The notes beneath the pieces are model-generated. The model was not told the DNA's origin and searched no databases. It saw only the letters and a program-made list of their open reading frames with translations. The translations under genes were made by a program, and so were the position numbers. Of a DNA stretch of 32,000 bases, positions 16,267 to 24,542 are shown piece after piece (positions within the stretch are counted from its first letter, which is position 1; each line of letters opens with the position of its first letter). The DNA is from Pirellula staleyi DSM 6068 (GTDB lineage Bacteria > Planctomycetota > Planctomycetia > Pirellulales > Pirellulaceae), in the NCBI GenBank assembly GCA_000025185.1, contig CP001848.1, positions 2,580,001 to 2,612,000 on the forward strand, read 5' to 3'.

Positions 16267-16737
16267 CTATTCGATCTCGAAGATCGCTTCGACTTCCACG
16301 GCCATGTTGCCTGGCAGCGATCCCATGCCGACAGCCGACCGGGCACCGACGCCGTTATCGCGTCCCCAAACTTCGGCCCACAGTTCGCTGCAGCCGTTAA
16401 TCACAGCAGGATGTGCGGTGAATTCGGGGGTGCAGTTCACCATGCCCAAGGTCTTGATGACACGCTTCACACGGTCGAGCGAGCCGAGCGCTGCTTTAAG
16501 CGTGGCCAGCAGCGCGAGCCCCGTTTGCTTGGCGGCATCGTAGCCAAACTGCTGATCGACATCGGCCCCCACTTTGCCGAGCATCAAAGTGCCGTCGGAC
16601 TTCAGCGGACCATGACCTGAGGCATAGGCGAGATTGCCGACGATCACGAGTGGCTTGTAGACACCCATCACTTTCGGAGCGGGTGGGAGTTCGAGTCCGA
16701 GAGCTGCCAGTTTCGCTTCTGCATTGCCGGTCGACAT
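16267..16737 (-). CDS. RidA/YjgF/UK114-family protein (reactive intermediate/imine deaminase family)
   Basis: 156 aa with family-typical layout: N-terminal KLAALGLELP, AYASGHGP, and the C-terminal signature GARSAVGMGSLPGNMAVEVEAIFEI. Confidence 0.9.
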   Translation of the reverse strand: MSTGNAEAKLAALGLELPPAPKVMGVYKPLVIVGNLAYASGHGPLKSDGTLMLGKVGADVDQQFGYDAAKQTGLALLATLKAALGSLDRVKRVIKTLGMVNCTPEFTAHPAVINGCSELWAEVWGRDNGVGARSAVGMGSLPGNMAVEVEAIFEIE

Positions 16738-16834
16738 AGCCTATCTGCCTCTATTTTTTCGAGTCGCTAAACGGTTCCCAGGAGGAGCCGAAATCATAGC
16801 CCTTTGCCTGCTCGCCCGAAAGCACGCTGCGGCG

Positions 16835-17767
16835 TTACTTCTTCTTCCGCGGCGCGGGCTTCACCGTCGATTTGGCGTGGGATTTGGGGTTTTTATAAAC
16901 GCTGGCGGGTTCCACCAGACGCTCGGCCACCACGGTGAGCCCCAGCGGTGTTACTTGGCGGAAAAAACAGCTCCGAAACCCTTCGTGACACGCTGCGCCG
17001 ACCTGGGAAACCTTCAGCAGAATGGTGTCGGCGTCGCAATCGACGTAGACCCCATGCACGGTTTGCATGTGTCCCGATTCTTCCCCTTTGCGCCACAATT
17101 TTCCCCGGCTGCGGCTGTAGTAGACCGCGCGGCCAGTCGCCATGGTTTCGGCAAACGATTCTTCATTCATCCAGGCCATCATTAGCACTTCACCGGTGGC
17201 ATGATCCTGCGCAATCGCGGGTAGCAATCGCTGCTCGCCTCGCGAAAAGTCGGGCCCTTCTCCCTCCAGGGGAATCGTCGACTCCGCAGTGGTCAACGAC
17301 TTCGAGGAAGCACGGCTGGGGATCGCTTTGGTCGTTGCCCTCTTCTGGGGTGCTTGTTTCGCCGCCGATTTTTTTGCTACGGATTTCTTCGCCACAGAGG
17401 GACTCGCAGGAGTGGATTTTCGTGCTGTTTTTTTCATGGTGCCGGCTGTCGCAGCGGCTTCGAGTGCCAGTGCAACCCAAGGCTCGAGCGCGTTGCCACT
17501 TTCGAGCCAGTCGAGGGGAATCTCATAGTAATGCAGTGTCACGCCACCTTCGCCAAAGGGCTGAAAGGGTGGCAGCCCCGCCGCGACGAACGTTGCGCGA
17601 TCTTCCGGCCCTGCTTTTAGGAAGAGCGAATCGCCAGCCAGTAGCGCGAACATCTTGCCGCGCGAATAGATCCCCACACCGCCGAACATCGAGCGGTCGG
17701 TCACCTGGGGCGCATAGCGCGACAACTGCTGCAGCGCTAGTCGCCGAAAACTCTCACTTACCGGCAT
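16835..17767 (-). CDS. hisI: Fusion protein: TfoX N-terminal domain + Lys/Ala-rich linker + phosphoribosyl-AMP cyclohydrolase (HisI)
   Basis: ORF-track ORF is 16835..17899. I place the start at ATG 17767 ([13 protein letters not shown]), which is uncertain. TfoX_N-like motifs are [27 protein letters not shown] and YYEIP. The linker reads [37 protein letters not shown]. HisI motifs are [42 protein letters not shown] and [28 protein letters not shown]. The C-terminal tail is basic (KPAPRKKK). Confidence 0.8.
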   Translation of the reverse strand: MPVSESFRRLALQQLSRYAPQVTDRSMFGGVGIYSRGKMFALLAGDSLFLKAGPEDRATFVAAGLPPFQPFGEGGVTLHYYEIPLDWLESGNALEPWVALALEAAATAGTMKKTARKSTPASPSVAKKSVAKKSAAKQAPQKRATTKAIPSRASSKSLTTAESTIPLEGEGPDFSRGEQRLLPAIAQDHATGEVLMMAWMNEESFAETMATGRAVYYSRSRGKLWRKGEESGHMQTVHGVYVDCDADTILLKVSQVGAACHEGFRSCFFRQVTPLGLTVVAERLVEPASVYKNPKSHAKSTVKPAPRKKK

Positions 17768-18075
17768 TGCGGGATCTCTCGCACAGGTCGCTGAAAGGCG
17801 GATCAAAAGCAGCGAAGGCGGTTTTAATTTTGGCATGAATCGAGCGAGGCCGATAGAGACCGCACGATCGCTACCGAGCGATTTATCCTTCAATGCCACG
17901 TGCGATGCGCTGCTGCTACTCGCGTCAGATTGCTCATAACAGAGCGCCTCGCGCCGGAGCTTGAGTCGGCCTGCCCGTTCGTTCGATAGATAGCTTCACA
18001 CCAAGCTACTGAGGAGGACGTAGTTGCGGTGACCTTCCCGAATCTTTCCCCCAAAGCCTAACAAGGGGCTTTTGC

Positions 18076-18747
18076 GTGACACCGATCCTCAGTGTCGTCC
18101 TCCCAGTGCATGATCGAGAATCGTCGCTTGCTCGCCAGGTGCAGCAGCTACTGGATTTTCTCCCGGAACTCACCGCGCACTTCGAGTTGATCGTCGTCGA
18201 CAACGGCAGCCAAGACCAAACAGGCGAACTGGCCAGCGAAATGTCGCGGCAGTATCCCCAGGTCCGTGTGGTGACCCTCGCCGAACAGCAGTCAATGCCA
18301 ATGGCCGCCAAGCAAGGCATCACGCGCTCCAGTGGCGAAGTGGTGCTGGTGCAAGAGGAAGATACACCGATTCGCACTGCCGACTATCGCAAGCTCTGGG
18401 CGCTCCGTAGCGACAAAAGTCTAGTGATGGCTCGCAGCACGACACCGCAGCCAGCTGCAAAACCAGCCGCGATGGATGGCAAGGTGATCGATCGGCTGGT
18501 CGAGTGGGGGCACGCGATGCGCAGTGCCGCTGCGGAGCATCAGGGACCGGGTGGGGTGCAGATGATTCGTCGGTCGGCTGTCGAGCAGCTAAGCGATATC
18601 GATGCTGCCAACGATGAACTCGTGGTGGAATATGGGGACGAGTTGATTGCGGAAAAGCCGCAGCCGATTGCTGCATCGCAAGTCCGTCCGCGACGTCCAC
18701 TCGTCAATTTCCTGCAGCACCTGCGCGGGTTTGCGCCTGCTCAGTAA
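18076..18747 (+). CDS. GT2-like (GT-A fold) protein, short and divergent
   Basis: GTG start. The N-terminal ~100 aa look like a GT2 nucleotide-binding half: ILSVVLPVHDRES, ELIVVDNGSQDQT and a VLVQEED acidic motif in the DxD position. The remaining ~120 aa do not show the usual acceptor-side motifs, apart from GGVQMIRRSAVEQL. Confidence 0.55.
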   Translation: MTPILSVVLPVHDRESSLARQVQQLLDFLPELTAHFELIVVDNGSQDQTGELASEMSRQYPQVRVVTLAEQQSMPMAAKQGITRSSGEVVLVQEEDTPIRTADYRKLWALRSDKSLVMARSTTPQPAAKPAAMDGKVIDRLVEWGHAMRSAAAEHQGPGGVQMIRRSAVEQLSDIDAANDELVVEYGDELIAEKPQPIAASQVRPRRPLVNFLQHLRGFAPAQ

Positions 18748-18768
18748 GCGGTGGCGAAAGCCGCCTTC

Positions 18769-19599
18769 TCAATACCGCGCGATACACCACAGGGCCCAGA
18801 GCCCGTCGCGCCAGGTGATTTTCTTTCCCTCGGCATACGAGCGACCGGCATAGCTGATCGGACGCTCATAAAATCGCACGCTGCGCATGCGCGCAAGTTT
18901 GTGCGTCAGTTCAATCTCGATCCCAAAGCCGTTCTCGCGCAGGGTCGGACCAATCTGCTCGATCAGTTCGCGGCGGATCATCTTGTAGCACGTCTCGACA
19001 TCAGTCAGTGCCCGACCGCTCCGCCAGTTCGACAGCTTCGTGATCAGCAGATTCGCAGCCCGGTGCCAGTAGTGCTGAACAGGGCCATCGATGAGTGTAA
19101 AACGACTTCCGTACACCACATCGGCATCCCCAGCGACAATCGGCTGCAGCAGCTTGCGAAAGTCTTGCGGGTCATACTCATCGTCGGCATCTTGCACCAC
19201 AACCACGCTCCCCGTGCACCGCGAAAAACCGGTTCGCAGTGCACCACCTTTGCCACGATTCTTCTCGTGCAGGATGATCACGAGGTCGCGATTGCCCTCG
19301 ACGTCGTTTTGCCACGATGCGAGCAGATCGCGCGTGCCATCGCGGCTGCCGTCGTCGACAATCACAATTTCTAGTGGCAACTGAGTGGCTCGCAGCCGAG
19401 CAACAACCCCCGAGAGCGTTTTAATTTCGTTGTAGACCGGAATCACCACCGACAACTTAAAACCTTCCGGTATGCGATACACTCCGAGTTCAGCAGCCAG
19501 TTTGATGCCAAGCGTGGTTTCGATGGAAGCAGCCTGGGCTTCATCGCCAATCGAAGAGCGGCTGAGGTTGGAAATCGGGTTGGAACTGTCCCAGGGCAT
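18769..19599 (-). CDS. Glycosyltransferase family 2
   Basis: ORF-track ORF is 18769..19848. I moved the start to ATG 19599 (alternative 19668) to avoid running into the divergent nitrilase gene. GT2 motifs: LSVVIPVYNE, IVIVDDGSRDGT, NRGKGGALRTG, VVVQDADDEYDP and VVYGSRF. Confidence 0.85.
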   Translation of the reverse strand: MPWDSSNPISNLSRSSIGDEAQAASIETTLGIKLAAELGVYRIPEGFKLSVVIPVYNEIKTLSGVVARLRATQLPLEIVIVDDGSRDGTRDLLASWQNDVEGNRDLVIILHEKNRGKGGALRTGFSRCTGSVVVVQDADDEYDPQDFRKLLQPIVAGDADVVYGSRFTLIDGPVQHYWHRAANLLITKLSNWRSGRALTDVETCYKMIRRELIEQIGPTLRENGFGIEIELTHKLARMRSVRFYERPISYAGRSYAEGKKITWRDGLWALWCIARY

Positions 19600-19749
19600 G
19601 TCGTCGCAAACCTTGCGCTGCGAGTCGAGAAAGAGATCGTGATGCACAAACGTTGGCCACCGCAGCATCCTTTGCAGTATACGCACCCGCTTGTTGCGCG
19701 ATAGATCACCGCCGTTTCCGCTCGAAGATAAGCCGATAAGTGAGAACCG

Positions 19750-20628
19750 ATGATGACCACCGATCTGCTGCAAGTTGCAGCCATTCAAATGCGGGCGACC
19801 GATGATGTGGCAGCCAATTTTGCCACTGCAGTGACACTCGTTGGCCAAGCGGCTGCAGCGGGGGCGCGGCTGGTGGTGCTTCCCGAACTATTTGTTTCGT
19901 ATGGCGATCTCGCTCGCACAGCAGCGGTTGCGCAGTCGCTCTTAGGAACCTGGATTACCGAACTCCAGCAGCTCGCGAAATCAAAAAACATCTGGCTCGT
20001 CGCGGGAAGCATTCCCGAGCAGGTGGCAAACGACCAGCGTGCTTATAACTGTTCCACGGTCATTTCTCCGACGGGGGAGATCGTTGCGGCTTATCGCAAA
20101 ATCCATTTGTTCGACGTCGAGATCGCGGGACGTGTAGCGTCGCAAGAATCGCTGCACCTGCTACCTGGTAACGAACTCGTAGTGGTGAAGATCGACGACT
20201 GGCAAGTCGGCATCGCGATTTGTTACGACCTGCGGTTTCCCGAACTTTTTCGAAATCTGGCAACGCTTGGCGCCGAGCTTGTCGTGATTCCCGCCGCTTT
20301 CACCCGCACTACCGGAAAAGATCACTGGGACCTTCTTGTGCGTACTCGCGCACTTGATGCGCAGGCGTATATCGTCGCTGCTAATCAGGGTGGCGATCAC
20401 AACGGACAATCGTCGAGCTATGGGCATTCGATGATCGTCGAGCCGTGGGGAAAAGTGATCGCACAGATCGACTCCGAGGATGAAGGAATTGTGTTCAGCT
20501 CGATCGATCGCAAGCGTGTTGCCGAAGTTCGCAGGCAACTTCCCGTACTGCGCAATCGGCGGCTGCTCGATGCGTCATTTCCGCCGCTGCATCGCACTAA
20601 CTCTTCAGGTAATGCCGAACAAATGTGA
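19750..20628 (+). CDS. Carbon-nitrogen hydrolase (nitrilase superfamily; Nit/omega-amidase-like)
   Basis: The E-K-C catalytic triad contexts are all present: VVLPELF (Glu), AYRKIHLFD (Lys) and GIAICYDLRFPELF (Cys). The N-terminal VAAIQM strand is also present. Confidence 0.9.
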   Translation: MMTTDLLQVAAIQMRATDDVAANFATAVTLVGQAAAAGARLVVLPELFVSYGDLARTAAVAQSLLGTWITELQQLAKSKNIWLVAGSIPEQVANDQRAYNCSTVISPTGEIVAAYRKIHLFDVEIAGRVASQESLHLLPGNELVVVKIDDWQVGIAICYDLRFPELFRNLATLGAELVVIPAAFTRTTGKDHWDLLVRTRALDAQAYIVAANQGGDHNGQSSSYGHSMIVEPWGKVIAQIDSEDEGIVFSSIDRKRVAEVRRQLPVLRNRRLLDASFPPLHRTNSSGNAEQM

Positions 20629-20855
20629 AGTAATTGTTAACTATTTGGTAGCTAATTGATAACGATTTACAAAAGAGTTCCTTGTCAATACTTAAGCAAT
20701 CGCTATGGAATTGCTGCAGACTTTGGCGGATGTGCGTTTGTTGTTTTGCCTCGAGTGATTGTGTCGCTGTCAATGCCTGATGAGGAAAAAACAAGCGATT
20801 TTGCTCTCGTGGCACTGCTAGCGACACGATTCCAAAAATCTCTGCGGAGCCTTGC

Positions 20856-20883
20856 TTGACAATTCACGCTCGCTTCGCAAAAT
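20856..20883 (+). promoter_or_regulatory. Sigma-70-like promoter candidate (TTGACA-N16-CAAAAT)
   Basis: A perfect -35 hexamer TTGACA lies at 20856-20861. A 16-nt spacer is followed by CAAAAT at 20878-20883 (4/6 match to TATAAT, including A2 and T6). It sits in the lower-GC spacer ~500 nt upstream of folK. This is a sequence match only, and promoter rules for this lineage are poorly known. Confidence 0.2.
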
Positions 20884-21381
20884 ACGACCCATGCTCAATG
20901 CGGCAGTCAACAAGCTGCCAGTCGAGTGGATCAGGGTTCGGTTGAGTTTGCGTTCTCTTCTCCCCGCACTCTCCTCCACCTGATGGCCCGGTACTTTTTA
21001 TCTGCAGTTGTGTTTTCCATTGCTGTCCCTACGATGACGCATTCGCTTAGCTTCGTAGGTCCCAATGACGAACTCCCCTTCTCTGCAACCTTATTTCGGA
21101 TGTGTGATTGGTCGTAGTTCGTTTTCAGGTGAGTCGATCGGTGAGTAGCTGCGAACGGATCGCGGCTCGATACTGAGAGACAGATTTCACTCGAATCAAA
21201 ATTCCAAACTATGCGTGGGGCGACGACTGAGAGGAACGACAGTCGGCGACTCGATCGTGGAACGGATGCCCCCCCGTGTTTTGGACTTTCAAGTGTGAAG
21301 TTGACTTGCTGAATTGCAACGAACTGTGCTCTGCTGTACGCAGGAGCGTTTGTGAAACAACGCCGCGTTAAGCTTGGCTGA

Positions 21382-22203
21382 TTGAGGTTCACTTTGCAGG
21401 CCGATGTGCTGATTGCCGTTGGTTCGAATCTTGGATCGGCTGCCGAAAATCTCGACCGCGCGGTGGAGCATCTCGAGCAGCTACCGGGGCTCGAAATCAC
21501 CGCTGTTAGCTCGTGGCACATCACTCAGCCGATCGGCGGCCCTGCGGGACAACCGACATTTGCCAACGGTGCTTTGCGAGCACAAACCACGCTCTCGCCA
21601 CACGAATTGCTCCGGCAACTTCAGCAGGTTGAGCAGCAGCTGCATCGCGAGCGAAAAGAGTTCTGGGGCCCGCGCACGCTCGACCTCGACCTGCTGCTGT
21701 ACGGCGATCAGGCTCTTGACGATCCGCTGCTGGTCCTGCCGCACCCGCGTATGGCGGTCCGACCTTTCGTGCTGCATCCTGCGGCTGAGATCGCCAGCGA
21801 CATGCTCCACCCGCCCAGTGGCCGAACCATTGGCGCACTCGCCAGCCATCTCGCGGCATCCCCCAAGCTGCTGGCCATTCTCGGAGGGCTCCCTTCTTTT
21901 CGCAGTCAGCTCGCTGAAGAAATTGCTCGCGTCAGCGGCGCACGCCTCACAAGGCAAGCCGATGCAACATCCAGTGATGCCCAGTGGGAGGCTGTCACTT
22001 GCGACTGGCTCCCTGCTGCGACTGGTCCTGCGCTCTCGCGTGATTTGCCGCGCTCGCTGCTGCTGGTGGCAAGTGAATCCTCGGATCAGCCGATCAACGT
22101 TTGGAGGCGAGCCAGGCTGCTTCCACCGATGATTGTCGCCAGGTCGCTCGATCTTGCACTGCTGGTGCGCGAGGGCGTCGCGATGATTGACTGCATGCGA
22201 TAA
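21382..22203 (+). CDS. folK: 2-amino-4-hydroxy-6-hydroxymethyldihydropteridine diphosphokinase (HPPK) with a ~115-aa C-terminal extension
   Basis: HPPK motifs: IAVGSNLG, WGPRTLDLDLLLYGD, LVLPHPRMAVRPFVL. The start is non-ATG (TTG 21382; TTG 21394 or GTG 21406 are also possible). Residues ~156-273 lie beyond a normal HPPK (~160 aa). Confidence 0.85.
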   Translation: MRFTLQADVLIAVGSNLGSAAENLDRAVEHLEQLPGLEITAVSSWHITQPIGGPAGQPTFANGALRAQTTLSPHELLRQLQQVEQQLHRERKEFWGPRTLDLDLLLYGDQALDDPLLVLPHPRMAVRPFVLHPAAEIASDMLHPPSGRTIGALASHLAASPKLLAILGGLPSFRSQLAEEIARVSGARLTRQADATSSDAQWEAVTCDWLPAATGPALSRDLPRSLLLVASESSDQPINVWRRARLLPPMIVARSLDLALLVREGVAMIDCMR

Positions 22204-22266
22204 AATCGCCAGCGTGTCGCAAGGCGCGATACTGGAGTGGTTTAACTTCGCAGCGGGCAGGTCTTT

Positions 22267-23184
22267 GTGGCTACACCGGTTCAAGTAATTCACAACGTTC
22301 GCGAGATGCAATCGCTCGTCCTGGCTTGGCGACGTGCGGGACTGCGCAGCGGACTCGTGCCGACAATGGGTGCTCTGCATGCAGGTCACATCAGCTTGAT
22401 CCATGCCGCTCGCGAAAAATGCGATCGGGTGGCAGCCACCATTTTCGTAAACCCGACGCAGTTTGGACCGAAAGAAGATTTTTCCAAATATCCGCGCACG
22501 CTCGATGCCGATCTCGCGATGCTGTCGGAGGCTGGCTGCGATGCTGTCTTCGTTCCCGATCGCGAGGCGATGTATCCCAGCGGATTCTCGACGTCGGTCG
22601 AGCCACCTTCGGTGAGTCAGCCGCTCGAAGGGGTTTGTCGTCCCGGGCATTTTCGAGGCGTGGTCACGGTGGTGCTGAAACTGTTTGGCATTGCCCCCAC
22701 CGATGCCTCGTTCTTTGGGCACAAAGATTATCAGCAGGCGCGTGTGATTCAGGCTATGGCGAGCGACCTGAATGTTCCGATGGAAGTCCACATTTGCCCG
22801 ACGGTGCGCGAGCCCGATGGTCTGGCAATGAGCAGCCGAAATCGGTATTTGTCACCCGAGGAGCGGCAACGAGCGCTTTCCCTGTGGCGAGCTCTTGAGC
22901 GTTGTCGCTTACAACTGGCTTGTGGCGAGCATCGCACCGCCGAACTTGCCGCTGCGATGGAGAAAGAGCTCATCAGCGGCGTCGACGCGATTGAGTATGC
23001 GGTGGTCGTCGATCCCGTTACACTACAGCCGATAGAACTTGTGGAGCAGCAAGCCATCGCGCTCATCGCTGCCAAAATTGGGACGACCCGTCTGATCGAC
23101 AACTTGCTCCTCAGCACCGATCCTCGCGTAACGACAACTGACGCTACGGCCAAACCGACATCTGGCAATCCCTCTCAGCACTAA
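22267..23184 (+). CDS. panC: Pantoate--beta-alanine ligase (pantothenate synthetase)
   Basis: GTG start. Motifs: PTMGALHAGHISLI (HxGH), VNPTQFGP, FGHKDYQQ, MSSRNRYL. Confidence 0.95.
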   Translation: MATPVQVIHNVREMQSLVLAWRRAGLRSGLVPTMGALHAGHISLIHAAREKCDRVAATIFVNPTQFGPKEDFSKYPRTLDADLAMLSEAGCDAVFVPDREAMYPSGFSTSVEPPSVSQPLEGVCRPGHFRGVVTVVLKLFGIAPTDASFFGHKDYQQARVIQAMASDLNVPMEVHICPTVREPDGLAMSSRNRYLSPEERQRALSLWRALERCRLQLACGEHRTAELAAAMEKELISGVDAIEYAVVVDPVTLQPIELVEQQAIALIAAKIGTTRLIDNLLLSTDPRVTTTDATAKPTSGNPSQH

Positions 23185-23204
23185 CGATTCACGGAAGTTC
23201 GATT

Positions 23205-24542
23205 GTGCGAAGCACCCTCTTTGTCATTCCCCACGAGATCGCCGGCCTCCCTGTTTTAGGGCTGGGCTGGGCCCTCATCGTGTGGAGTCTTGTGACCCTG
23301 GGTTTATGGGGCTGGTGGATTCGCAAACGAGGGTTCACTCCCGAATTTTGGTCGATCGTCCCATTCCCGTTGATGATTGCAGCCGCCATTGCGCTGCTGC
23401 TTCCTCGTCTCGAACTGATCGATGCCAAAAGCCTTCCCATCGGACTGCCGATTCGGGGCTATGGCGTCATGCTGATGCTCGCCACGGTTTCCGGCGTCGG
23501 AATCAGCGCCTGGCGCGCTCAAAAACTGGGTATCGATCCAGAGAAGATCTACGAACTGGCGGTCTGGATGTTCGCAGCCGGGATCATCGGCGCGAGGCTG
23601 TTCTACGTCATTCAGTATTCCGAGGATTTTAAGCGAAGCACGATTGTCGAAACGTTGCAGGCGATCGCGAACATCCAGCAAGGAGGGCTTGTCGTTTTCG
23701 GCGCTCTGCTGGCCGCAATCCCCGCCGCTTTCTTCCTGATTCGACGCTATAAACTTCCGTTCCTCGCAGTGGCCGACATCATCACTCCGGGGATGCTCGT
23801 CGGACAGGCGGTCGGCCGACTCGGGTGCTTTCTGCACGGCTGTTGTTTCGGCGGCATCTGCGATATCGATTCTGTCGCGGTGACTTTTCCTCAGGAAAGC
23901 CCACCCTATGTGCGTCATCTCGAAATGGGCTGGAAAAGTGGCGTTTGGCTCGACCGCGAGAATCTCACCTCCGACAGTACCACCGACCGTGTGGTGGTGG
24001 CGAAGGTGGAAAAGAATTCAGCGGCCGAGCGGGCTGGCCTGAAGGCGGGACAGCAGATCATTTCGATTGGTGGTAAATCGCTCACATCACTCGACGAAGC
24101 GCGAGCCCAGCTGGCACGCGTGCGAACGTCGTACGAGGTGACGACCAGCAAAGGAGACGTGCTCCGCTGGACCATCAAAGCGCTTCCTGCTCGTAGCGCG
24201 CCGATTCATCCGACACAAATCTATTCGGCCATCGATGCGTTTTTGCTCGCGCTAGTCCTCTGGAACTACTTCCCCTTCAGACGCCACGATGGCGAGGTCT
24301 TCGCGCTGCTGCTGATCATCCACCCCATCTCGCGATTCGTGCTCGAACTGATTCGGGCCGACGAAGGGGGACAGTTCGGAACCTCCTTCACCATTTCGCA
24401 GTTGCTCGGATTTGCACTCATGGCAGCAGGGGTAGCGCTCCTCGCCTATCTCGAACTTTATCGTCGCGGCACCCCCGTCTTTGGCCAATCGTTGCCACCC
24501 GCGAAGCAGGCTGCCGGGAGCAGTTCTGCCGTAGCAACGTAG
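23205..24542 (+). CDS. lgt: Prolipoprotein diacylglyceryl transferase with an inserted PDZ-like domain
   Basis: GTG start. Lgt motifs: IRGYGVMLMLA, GARLFYV, GGLVVFGALL, GQAVGRLGCFLHGCCFG (the GRxGNFxNxE position), HPTQIYSA and ISRFVLELIRAD. Between the last two core blocks lies VVVAKVEKNSAAERAGLKAGQQIISIGGKSLTSLDEARAQL, which is a PDZ-type signature. Confidence 0.9.
   Translation: MRSTLFVIPHEIAGLPVLGLGWALIVWSLVTLGLWGWWIRKRGFTPEFWSIVPFPLMIAAAIALLLPRLELIDAKSLPIGLPIRGYGVMLMLATVSGVGISAWRAQKLGIDPEKIYELAVWMFAAGIIGARLFYVIQYSEDFKRSTIVETLQAIANIQQGGLVVFGALLAAIPAAFFLIRRYKLPFLAVADIITPGMLVGQAVGRLGCFLHGCCFGGICDIDSVAVTFPQESPPYVRHLEMGWKSGVWLDRENLTSDSTTDRVVVAKVEKNSAAERAGLKAGQQIISIGGKSLTSLDEARAQLARVRTSYEVTTSKGDVLRWTIKALPARSAPIHPTQIYSAIDAFLLALVLWNYFPFRRHDGEVFALLLIIHPISRFVLELIRADEGGQFGTSFTISQLLGFALMAAGVALLAYLELYRRGTPVFGQSLPPAKQAAGSSSAVAT

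Noticed and set aside
21217-21240. GGGGCGACGACTGAG resembles a tmRNA 5' end.
   Set aside because: No tag-peptide reading frame context, no tRNA-like 3' domain (T-arm, ACCA) and no pseudoknot-sized body fit within the spacer. It is retained only as an unnamed structured element in the findings.
20931-21524. 197-aa minus-strand ORF covering most of the folK upstream spacer, and the small plus-strand ORF 20926..21117 (internal ATG 20983).
   Set aside because: The long ORF overlaps the folK 5' end and has Ser/Arg/Cys-rich non-protein-like composition. The ATG of the short ORF is preceded by CTCCTCCACC (anti-SD-like), and its codons do not follow the local GC3 bias. I treat the region as non-coding.
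21481-22791. 436-aa minus-strand ORF spanning folK and panC, and the 239-aa plus-strand ORF 21413..22132.
   Set aside because: Both overlap genes with clear HPPK and PanC signatures. Their products are Arg/Ser-rich with no motifs, and the ORF crosses the folK-panC intergenic gap, which a real gene would not need to do.
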